Assembly: GCA_051531975.1 (NCBI GenBank)
Contig: JAOPTT010000006.1
Location: 558,977-622,976, forward strand
Source: Spirochaetaceae bacterium
Lineage (GTDB): Bacteria; Spirochaetota; Spirochaetia; DSM-2461
DNA length: 64,000 bases
Direction: 5' to 3'
The notes beneath the pieces are model-generated. The model had not been told where the DNA came from. It saw only the letters and a list, made by a program, of their open reading frames with translations, and ran no database searches. The position numbers were made by a program, and so were the translations under genes. Below are positions 32,656 to 40,777 of this stretch, one piece after another (position 1 is the first letter of the stretch; every line of letters begins with the position of its first letter).

Positions 32656-32831
32656 AATAATCTCCTATTAATAACTATAATAGTAATGAATATCATTTAC
32701 CATCTATTTCAATTCATTATATGGATGTTTTATAATTATCTATATAATGAAAACATATAAACTGTTTATTTAATTTAACTTAATTGGATTTAATTTAGAT
32801 AAATTAGTTACCATCTACTACTTTAGTAGTA

Positions 32832-32860
32832 TTGACTATGGGTTACCTTTTAAGTATATT
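32832..32860 (+). promoter_or_regulatory. Sigma70 promoter of ssrA
   Basis: TTGACT-17 bp-TATATT, 13 nt upstream of the mature 5' end. Confidence 0.75.
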
Positions 32861-32873
32861 TTGTAGAGTATTC

Positions 32874-33254
32874 GGGGGTGCCCTGGATTCGACTGGCGGA
32901 TGTAGTTTAGTAGGCTGCAAGTAGAGCGTCTAACTCTTAAAACTGGTCAAAAATTTTAAATGCTAAAAAAGAAGACGAAGTTATCATCTGTTTAGGTGAT
33001 AGTGTGTCATTAGCAATAGCAGCATAGTCTGCTACGGTAATTATTAGTCGCTGTTCCTAGGCTTCTATGCACCGTAAGAAATAGGGACTTACCTTTTGTG
33101 TCGTTAAGAGCATAAGGGGGAAAATTACATCTTAACTGGATTAGGGAACGGTTGTCACCTCCTGTACCCCTAATTGAGATCTAAACGAGGAGCTAAACTT
33201 GTAGAGGTTTATTAAATGCCCGTTAGGACGAGGGTTCGATTCCCTCCACCTCCA
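32874..33254 (+). ncRNA. ssrA: tmRNA; tag (A)AKKEDEVIICLGDSVSLAIAA* at 32962-33027
   Basis: 5' GGGGGTG..GGATTCGAC; 3' T-arm GAGGGTTCGATTCCCTC and CACCTCCA acceptor with G3.U wobble; tag ends in AA-stop; smpB nearby; CCA not encoded. Confidence 0.95.
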
Positions 33255-33262
33255 TGTAAATT

Positions 33263-33312
33263 GACTTCTGTAAATCGTTATAGTATAATGATTTACAGAA
33301 GTCTTTTTTTTA
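33263..33312 (+). terminator. Long hairpin terminator after ssrA, overlapping a predicted integrase promoter
   Basis: GACTTCTGTAAATC...GATTTACAGAAGTC plus T run; TTGACT (33261)-17 bp-TATAAT (33284) overlaps it. Confidence 0.8.
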
Positions 33313-33324
33313 CTAAAATTGTAA

Positions 33325-33344
33325 TTGTGAACAGTTTGTGAACA
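33325..33344. repeat. TTGTGAACA direct repeat pair, putative integrase arm-type sites
   Basis: Identical 9-mers at 33325 and 33336 (11-bp period) between ssrA and the integrase. Confidence 0.55.
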
Positions 33345-33356
33345 AAACGAATTTCA

Positions 33357-34481
33357 ATGGAGATATATGCTATGGGACGTCCAAAACAACAGTTTTCTCT
33401 ATACAAGAGAGATAATGGTATCTGGTATTACATGACTTATGATGCTTTTGGGAAAAGAACCACTAAGAAATCTACTGGGCAGACAAATAAAACAGCAGCA
33501 CATAACTACTGTCTAAGTCTTTTTAAAGATAACTTACTAATTCCAGACTCATCAGTAAAGATTAGTACATATATGGAGAAAAAAAACTTTTATGTATGGG
33601 GTAAATGTTCCTACAGTGTAGAAAATGAGTTAACTCAATCATATACCAACCAATGTCTCGCAAGATTTCAAAATCATATACTCCCATACTTAGCCAATAT
33701 GACATTCGATGATTTAACTTCTAAGACAATAAATCAATGGCAATCTAAACTACTAACAGATAAAGACCTAGCCCCTAAAACAGTTAGAGATACAAGATCT
33801 GTTCTCTTTACAATATTAGACTCAGCTAGAGTTGATGGGTATTTAACTAAGGATATAAAATTAGGAATAAAAAAACTCCCTAAAAACAAAAGGAAAGTAA
33901 GAGGTATTCTGACTGAACATGAAGTAAGCAAACTATTTGATAAGGCTAATTATCATGAATATTGGGGTGATAACTTTTTATATTACACAGCCTCTTTAGT
34001 AGCTTGTTTTACTGGTATGAGACAAGGAGAAATTTTGGCTTTGACTCCAGATAAGATTTTTGAGAATCATATATACGTTTGTCATAGTTATAATAAGTTT
34101 GGACTTGGTCCTACTAAAACAAAAGAAACAAGGCAAGTATATATGAACAATATAGTTAAACATCAGCTTATAGAGATAATGCCGGAATCTGGATTTATAT
34201 TCACATACAATGGAGATTCCCCACTTACCCCTCAAAGACTAACTGAAGCTTTTTATAGAGCTATAGAAAAAATGGGTATCAGTAAAGTTCTGCGAGAGCA
34301 AAGAAACATTACATTTCACTCATTCAGACACTTCCTAGTAACCTACCTTAGAGGAAAAGGTGTTACAGATGCTGAAATCACATCAATAACAGGTCAAAAG
34401 ACCATAAAAATAATTGATGACTACACAAGATTTGATAAACTATCAAATCATAATGTTATTGCAGCATTAGAAGAGATTTAA
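33357..34481 (+). CDS. Tyrosine recombinase/integrase (start may be ATG 33372)
   Basis: TGMRQGEI (R), TKT (K), FHSFRH (HxxR), GQ in place of the usual GH, DDYT (Y); N-terminal arm-binding-like region. Confidence 0.93.
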   Translation: MEIYAMGRPKQQFSLYKRDNGIWYYMTYDAFGKRTTKKSTGQTNKTAAHNYCLSLFKDNLLIPDSSVKISTYMEKKNFYVWGKCSYSVENELTQSYTNQCLARFQNHILPYLANMTFDDLTSKTINQWQSKLLTDKDLAPKTVRDTRSVLFTILDSARVDGYLTKDIKLGIKKLPKNKRKVRGILTEHEVSKLFDKANYHEYWGDNFLYYTASLVACFTGMRQGEILALTPDKIFENHIYVCHSYNKFGLGPTKTKETRQVYMNNIVKHQLIEIMPESGFIFTYNGDSPLTPQRLTEAFYRAIEKMGISKVLREQRNITFHSFRHFLVTYLRGKGVTDAEITSITGQKTIKIIDDYTRFDKLSNHNVIAALEEI

Positions 34482-34959
34482 ATATAGTTAAATAAAAATA
34501 TAAAGTCCCACTTGATATACTTGTAGGGAGTACATTTATATGCCTTTGTCTAGTTTTGTTTCTCTTAGTATAAATCTTTGTGATATAAAGAGTTAGAGTA
34601 GATTGGTTTTGTTTCTCTTTGTCAGCTTTTGTACTGTTTTGTATTTCAAAGTGTGTCCATTTCGGTGTCTACAATGAACTTCATTACTTAAAAAACAATA
34701 TTTAACACTCATTCTACAACTGAATTTATTATATCATAATTCAGAATCTGGTTGTTATTTAATTTTAAGACGACTTTAATATAAACTTACATCCCAATAT
34801 TAGATTTAATAATTTTTATTACTTAAGAGAGTATTATATAATTGTTATGCTGTGCGGAGTTATATTTTAAATAAAATTAAAAAGTATTTTGGCTTTACCC
34901 TCAATAATTTTTATTTAATTGTTATTTTATATTTATATATATAAAATAAAGGAAATCAA

Positions 34960-35275
34960 ATGAGTAAAAACCATGAAGAACATGCACTAAACAATCCCAC
35001 ACCATATGAAGGAAATATTAAAACATCAAATGAAGAACACTCAATTGTTGAAGCAGCAAATAACAACGATTTAAATCCTATCTTAAAAAGATATGGGGAC
35101 TGGTGTGTAACAAACATGGTATTGAATGTCTTAAAATACAATATACGATAAGTATATCAAGGTTATATGAAGATGATTGAGAAACTCATTTAATAAAAAA
35201 ACATGGGTTAGAATTTCAGATTTTAGTAATATATTAGTTCACGCTAGAATAATGCATGAAACTGGTATGATTTAA
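34960..35275 (+). pseudogene. Frameshifted small hypothetical gene
   Basis: RBS plus ATG; protein-like reading continues across two frameshifts and a TGA (WCVT/HGIECLKIQYTISISRLYEDD*ETHLIK/KTWVRISDFSNILVHARIMH). Confidence 0.5.
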
Positions 35276-35333
35276 TAATTTTTATTATATTAAAGAATAA
35301 CTTCAAAATTAAGGAGACCTTCAATAGGTAATC

Positions 35334-36047
35334 ATGAATGAAATAAACTTAAAAATACAGATTGAAAAATCATATTATCATTATGAATTATTTTTAGATG
35401 AAAAGAATAGAATAATGTTTTTATCTACAAGTAAATGGTCTGGTTATTCTGATACATCAAATAAAATTGAACTTAGAAAACCGGCTATTATTATACCTGA
35501 AAAAATGATTAGTATTTTAGATGAAATTAAACTTCCTTATATTGTTGTGAATGAACCTAAGGATTTTTTTATCTGGTTTTTAAGTGGTGGACATGCAATT
35601 ATTACTGAAGAAATGGTAAGTAAATTTCTTTCTGGTTCTTTAGATCCATCGCCTTCAATACAAGTCGGGAAAGCAGGCTTTAAACCGATGGAAGATCTTA
35701 CTGAAGCAATTTTTAACAGAGCACCATCAAAAAAGAAACGTATGGAAATATTAGATAGAGATAAACGGAAGTGTCAATACTGTGGAAGAAGCCCAAATAA
35801 TAATACAGATATTGAACTTCACCTTCATCATATAAAACCATTTGGTATTGGTGGCTTAACACATCCAGATAACTTAATAACTCTATGTCATACCTGTCAT
35901 AGTGGATTAGAACCACACTATAATTTCAATTTATATGATATATTAGAAAACCAAGATGGTAATAAAAATATCCAAATAAAATATATTGAAAGTATAAAAA
36001 AATATAGGGAAGTAGCTAAAGAAATAATTGAAAATGCAAGAAAGTAG
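35334..36047 (+). CDS. HNH endonuclease with uncharacterised N-terminal domain
   Basis: RD..KCQYCG, LHLHHIKP...GG....NLITLCHTCH. Confidence 0.9.
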   Translation: MNEINLKIQIEKSYYHYELFLDEKNRIMFLSTSKWSGYSDTSNKIELRKPAIIIPEKMISILDEIKLPYIVVNEPKDFFIWFLSGGHAIITEEMVSKFLSGSLDPSPSIQVGKAGFKPMEDLTEAIFNRAPSKKKRMEILDRDKRKCQYCGRSPNNNTDIELHLHHIKPFGIGGLTHPDNLITLCHTCHSGLEPHYNFNLYDILENQDGNKNIQIKYIESIKKYREVAKEIIENARK

Positions 36048-36224
36048 TTTTTAATTAAATCGATATTGCAACAATTAAAAACTTTTTAATAGTATACACG
36101 TTTGGATAGTTAGCCATTATATTATAATTATCCTACCAGAATACATACTTGATATTTAACTTTTTAATGATTTATTATAAGAGATACAACAATAAAAATA
36201 TACTAAATATGAGTTGGGATTTAA

Positions 36225-37091
36225 TTATTTATAAAACTTTTTTATTGATGCTATACGAAAATAAAATAACACGAGAATAATCAATCCCACTAACCACAGA
36301 GAATATATGACTTTTGAAACTAAAATTGATAATGCAATATAATGCGCACTTTTTAGCATAAAGAAAATTATTAAAAAAATATATATTAAAATATAAATAG
36401 GAATATTGTCACTTTTTTTTGTGGAATGTTCTTTAGCTATAGGATTACGGTAAGAGATAATTGAATTAATATTTTTACCAGAAATATAGACATTTTCAAT
36501 AGGAAGGGAACTGTCAATTTTAGTCGTACCTTTATATAAATCAATAAGAGCATTATCTGCTGAAGATAAAACAAATTCTTTGTCATGTGGGCTATGGCTA
36601 GCCATTAGAGGAACTCCAACAAAACTAGTTCCATCTTCTAAACTAACAGAGACCCATCTATTAGAATTAAGGTCAAAGAAGTCATCCCATGGAGTTAATT
36701 TTTTTGTTCTATGATTCATATTTAATTTAGAACTAATATAGAAAGGAATCTCAAACCAAGCTGTTAAATAAATAATAAAACTTGTTGTAATCCCTACAAC
36801 AAAAAAATTTATCAAAGAATAGCCTAAGATATAAAACATATCTACATTAATTTGATCTAAATTAAAATTTGATATAATTCTTTGTATATTCCAACCATAT
36901 TTTAAAAGTGAATTTAAATGAATCATAATCGATATAACAGATCCACTAATAATTAAAATACTAAATCCAAGAGAAGTTATTGTTTGTTCAAATATTGATA
37001 CCTTCTCATATTCTTTTATAAGTCTAAGCATTTTAACAATTAAAAAACCTGGGAGAAGAAAAATTATATATAAAACGAAATCCATACTCAT
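36225..37091 (-). CDS. DUF6338-like membrane protein
   Basis: FLLPGFL at N-terminus, several TMs, PWDDFF, WV.V.LEDG..FVG; two C-terminal TMs. Confidence 0.65.
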   Translation of the reverse strand: MSMDFVLYIIFLLPGFLIVKMLRLIKEYEKVSIFEQTITSLGFSILIISGSVISIMIHLNSLLKYGWNIQRIISNFNLDQINVDMFYILGYSLINFFVVGITTSFIIYLTAWFEIPFYISSKLNMNHRTKKLTPWDDFFDLNSNRWVSVSLEDGTSFVGVPLMASHSPHDKEFVLSSADNALIDLYKGTTKIDSSLPIENVYISGKNINSIISYRNPIAKEHSTKKSDNIPIYILIYIFLIIFFMLKSAHYIALSILVSKVIYSLWLVGLIILVLFYFRIASIKKFYK

Positions 37092-37115
37092 CTGTAAAAT
37101 CTCTTACATTTATTC

Positions 37116-37304
37116 TTATTTATTTGTTTTTACTGGACTACTATTAGTAGAACTTGTTGGTTGTATTGTAGGTGAACTACTCGGAGTAGTAAAAAGTTGT
37201 GGTTTAGGTCCTACAGACTGAGAACTGACTGGATTTAAGTTTACTGACTTACCCCAATTCTCACTACTTGTTATTTTAACTGAAAAATCTCCATTATGTC
37301 CCAT
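37116..37304 (-). CDS. Small Ser/Pro/Thr-rich peptide
   Basis: AGGAG RBS and TTGACA-17 bp-TATCTT promoter (37360-37332) upstream; 24 bp before the DUF6338-like gene. Confidence 0.6.
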   Translation of the reverse strand: MGHNGDFSVKITSSENWGKSVNLNPVSSQSVGPKPQLFTTPSSSPTIQPTSSTNSSPVKTNK

Positions 37305-37457
37305 GACTAACTCCTATAATATTATATAAATAAGATAATAATTAAATTAAAAATTGTCAATTTATACAAAACCTATAAATATATCAATATTTTGTAACTA
37401 ATTTTTTATTTGAATACTAAAGAAGAAGTACTATAAAATAAACTTTCTTACTATGTG

Positions 37458-37856
37458 TCATACTATAATATGAGTTGAATTATCACGAATAGCAGTAGTT
37501 ACGGCTGCTTTTTTCTTACCTTTGATTAGTGCATGAGAAAGATTAGGCGTGAATGGATCTGCTTCTATATCCTCTAAAGGATCATGTATAATCGTTTGCT
37601 TCCAAGGGTCAACAACTTCTCCAACACGTTTTGGATTTTTAGGATTTCTGATATCATCACAAATGTTAATAGAAACTATTAAGTTTTTACCTTGTGTAAC
37701 ATGAATGGACAGCTCTGGTTGAGTTTGTATCTTTTTCCAATCACAAGATAATTCTTTATCGTTAAATATGGAAATAGGTAACAATTCCTGATCTTTTGGG
37801 AATACTGCAGGATTAACATAACGATATAAAACTTCTTTGTCTGGAATACTACTCAT
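37458..37856 (-). CDS. Putative ART/RES-like toxin
   Basis: LYRY...LSCDW...N.SHALI (R-S-H) pattern; directly abuts the Panacea gene. Confidence 0.55.
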   Translation of the reverse strand: MSSIPDKEVLYRYVNPAVFPKDQELLPISIFNDKELSCDWKKIQTQPELSIHVTQGKNLIVSINICDDIRNPKNPKRVGEVVDPWKQTIIHDPLEDIEADPFTPNLSHALIKGKKKAAVTTAIRDNSTHIIV

Positions 37857-38714
37857 CTATGAAATATCCTCTAAATATACACTGATGGCATCTTTAAATT
37901 GATCTATATCTGTCTCAAATTCAGTAAAATTACCATCAAGCTCTAATTCAACTTCTACTGTCTTATTATTATGAAGTTGTAAGTATAAATTCTTACTTTT
38001 ATTTAATAATTCTATTCCTATACCTCCAGATGGAATTGGACCTATAACTAATTGCGGAATAGAAGGTTTTGATTGTTTTGAAAATAAACTTAATTGGAAG
38101 TCTTCTAGAAAACTAACAGCGCTCATGGATATGTCTTCAATTGGCGCTTGCCCTCCTCCTGAAATCCACTCTTCACCAATTTCTACTAAATCTAATATAT
38201 ATTCTTTTCTGCCTTTGATGAGATTTGAAAAAGCAATCTTACTTTTTGAAAAACTTATATATTCATCAAAATCACTAAACTCTTCAAAATATTTTTGCAT
38301 ATCATCTTTTTCTATTTTTACATTTAATCCTTGAATATAATTCTTACACCATGGACTATCTGAGTGGGACATATCAATTAGTTCTTCCTGCATAATAGGT
38401 GTAAAAGTTAAAATAAAAGTAGTTAAAAACAGAGTAATTTTCTTTGAAAAATATTCATTATCTGTCTTATCAGGTTTATCTAACGACATATATCCGTTTC
38501 TTTTGTATTTGTCCCATATTGTTCTATTAACAGGTCCAAATTGCCAAGCTTGTAATTCTTCAGAAAACAATGGTTCTTTAAACTTTGAAAGATAAAACCC
38601 CTGAGCAAAATATAGTAACTTCTGTAATTCTCGATGAGAAATATTAGAATTAGAATTAAAAATTATGAAATCTGCTACGTCTGTAATTTTAACAGTATTC
38701 AAAATAACCTCCAA
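37857..38714 (-). CDS. Panacea (SocA/DUF4065) antitoxin with extra C-terminal domain
   Basis: LQKLLYFAQG, PLF.E..QAWQFGPV, SH.DSPW; about 130-aa extension. Confidence 0.85.
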   Translation of the reverse strand: MEVILNTVKITDVADFIIFNSNSNISHRELQKLLYFAQGFYLSKFKEPLFSEELQAWQFGPVNRTIWDKYKRNGYMSLDKPDKTDNEYFSKKITLFLTTFILTFTPIMQEELIDMSHSDSPWCKNYIQGLNVKIEKDDMQKYFEEFSDFDEYISFSKSKIAFSNLIKGRKEYILDLVEIGEEWISGGGQAPIEDISMSAVSFLEDFQLSLFSKQSKPSIPQLVIGPIPSGGIGIELLNKSKNLYLQLHNNKTVEVELELDGNFTEFETDIDQFKDAISVYLEDIS

Positions 38715-39145
38715 TTAATTAACTACTCTCAATAATATAATACAAAAATATCAATATTACACTAATATAATTATATTTATTATTATATGCCCTTGAAATG
38801 TTAACAACAGAGTTCAAATTCATAACATAGCAGTTTTTTACTTCTCATACAAAAACGAGGTATAACTGATTATTACAATACGCAACTGTATGATCAAATA
38901 AAACATCCCCTTACCCATCATACAGCCTATTATTGGGTGTTCTAAGGATAGTTAGATGACTGAGTACTATAATCCCTAGCCAAATAGGATATATAGCAGT
39001 TGTGATAGAATAAAATCAATGTACTCCCTAATCGGGAGTACTACTATAAGTATTTCTATTATCGATTATTAACAATAAAAAGATCTATATTCTTATTATA
39101 GTCACCTATTACAAGCTCTGATTCTGTCATTTTAGAATATAATAA

Positions 39146-39720
39146 TTACCTACGTTCTTGTTTCTCTAACCTACTAATTGTATCAAAACATTCCAAAACT
39201 TCTTTTGAATTCATGTTATCAATGACAATATGAGCTTTAAAAAGATGAGGATATTTCTTTAGAATAATTTTAAAAAAATCATAATGAACTTTCAGATCTG
39301 ATTTTAATTCATCAACTTATTTTTTGAGATCTTCTATTCGATATAATTATTAATAATATTTTTAGCACTATATCCTTTTGTTAACGAGTTGAAGATAAGA
39401 GGATTGTTAATATCAATACAGTTTTTATATATATAAAAGTATATAAGAATCTAAAGTGAAGTTACAACTTTTAAATTAAAAAAAAGATATGTACTTACAA
39501 CCAAATCATATTAGATCTAACAAACTAACATAAGAAGTTTTATGCATATATATGTCCCAGTTATGTGAATTAGTTGTTTTAAAGATCTATTTATAATACA
39601 AGAACAGATATATGGTACTTACAATATCAAAGATCTTGTTTACATTTGTGTTTACAGTGGGAATTACAGTAGTTGTAACAACTTCAAAAACATCTACAAT
39701 TTGTTGAGTGCCATGCCCCC
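39146..39720 (-). pseudogene. Probable decayed gene
   Basis: Protein-like fragments in shifting frames (e.g. VDELKSDLKVHYDFFKIILKKYPHLF...ERR*) in a 1-kb ORF-free gap. Confidence 0.3.
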
Positions 39721-39765
39721 GACTTAACTAGAATTATTATGCTTAATATAAGATTTAATTGTAAT

Positions 39766-40575
39766 TCAACCCAATGAAGTTAAAAACTCAATTTGTTCTT
39801 TTACAATGTTATTAACAAACTGAGAGCATGTATAAAAAATGCATTGCACTTCTTTATATGTTAAATCAATACCTTCATTAGCTTTGAAGGATTTTGTAAA
39901 GTTTTCAATTTTCATGGTAGCTGGATTATCACTACTAACACTAACTACACCACCAACCTCAACTTCAACATTATCTTCGATTTGATATAAACCTATATAT
40001 AACATTTTTAAATCCAGAGTCTCTAAATCACTGTTATTAATATCCTTTGGTGCAAATACTATTCCATTTCTGTGAGACAAACAATTTCTCACTTTATTTA
40101 TTGTGATTATTTCATCCTTAAGAAGAAGATCCTTATTAATTTTCTTCTCGATTTCATTAATTAGTCTCGGTAAAGAAAATGATTGCGCTTTCTTATAGAT
40201 ACCTTCCTGACTATTACAAATATCTGTCACAGGTATATCCATCATCCCTTTATATTTATCCGATAAGACTAATAATGTATATGCATTACACATTGTGAGA
40301 ATAATTCCTTTAATACAATCTTCAGTAGCTTTACATAATAATACATTCTTTAAATGACTATCCAGTTCTACTTTAGTTGCTTCAACCCCCACTTCTAAAT
40401 GCAAAAAATCTTCACTTGAGTTCTTAAACCTTCCAGAAACTTCATCACTTGATTCAATAAGTCGAATTCCATAATTTACAGTCTGTAATGATTCATTCAT
40501 CACTTTAGTAAAATTAATTGCTGTGTCATTCGGATTAAAAATTAATTCTATCTTTTCGCTCATACGAATCTCCAT
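39766..40575 (-). CDS. Hypothetical protein with HEPN-like RxxxxH motif
   Basis: Helical protein with VRNCLSHRNG. Confidence 0.6.
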   Translation of the reverse strand: MEIRMSEKIELIFNPNDTAINFTKVMNESLQTVNYGIRLIESSDEVSGRFKNSSEDFLHLEVGVEATKVELDSHLKNVLLCKATEDCIKGIILTMCNAYTLLVLSDKYKGMMDIPVTDICNSQEGIYKKAQSFSLPRLINEIEKKINKDLLLKDEIITINKVRNCLSHRNGIVFAPKDINNSDLETLDLKMLYIGLYQIEDNVEVEVGGVVSVSSDNPATMKIENFTKSFKANEGIDLTYKEVQCIFYTCSQFVNNIVKEQIEFLTSLG

Positions 40576-40684
40576 ATACCAAAATTATGTCACCTGTTCG
40601 ATATGTTTACCAAATATATATACAGTAAGAATCTCTTGATTATCCTAAACCTCATCCACCAACACCTTATAGTAACTATAAACC

Positions 40685-40747
40685 ATTTAACACTTTATAA
40701 TTCCCATAGTTATTTCTACTATTAAATACCTATTAAAAGTGTTAGGT
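40685..40747 (-). repeat. 63-bp imperfect inverted repeat with attC-like ends
   Basis: Minus strand ACCTAAC...GTTAAAT; TAACACTTT/AAAGTGTTA arms and inner ATAGT/ACTAT; 30 bp after the hsdR stop. Confidence 0.45.
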
Positions 40748-40777
40748 TTTATTCCCTCAACTATAATCCTTAGTTAC

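Noticed and set aside
33357..34481. Integron integrase IntI
   Set aside because: No recognisable IntI-specific insertion before the HxxR motif; position beside ssrA and the N-terminal region fit an island integrase.
37440..37465. Further attC-like R'' box at the toxin stop (minus strand ATGACACATA)
   Set aside because: Only a short match to the repeat family and no convincing partner arm; may be chance in AT-rich DNA.
34524..39041. 13-bp inverted match (34524-34536 vs 39018-39030) as transposon ends
   Set aside because: No transposase or target duplication; the right copy is part of a local hairpin GTACTCCC-TAATC-GGGAGTAC.
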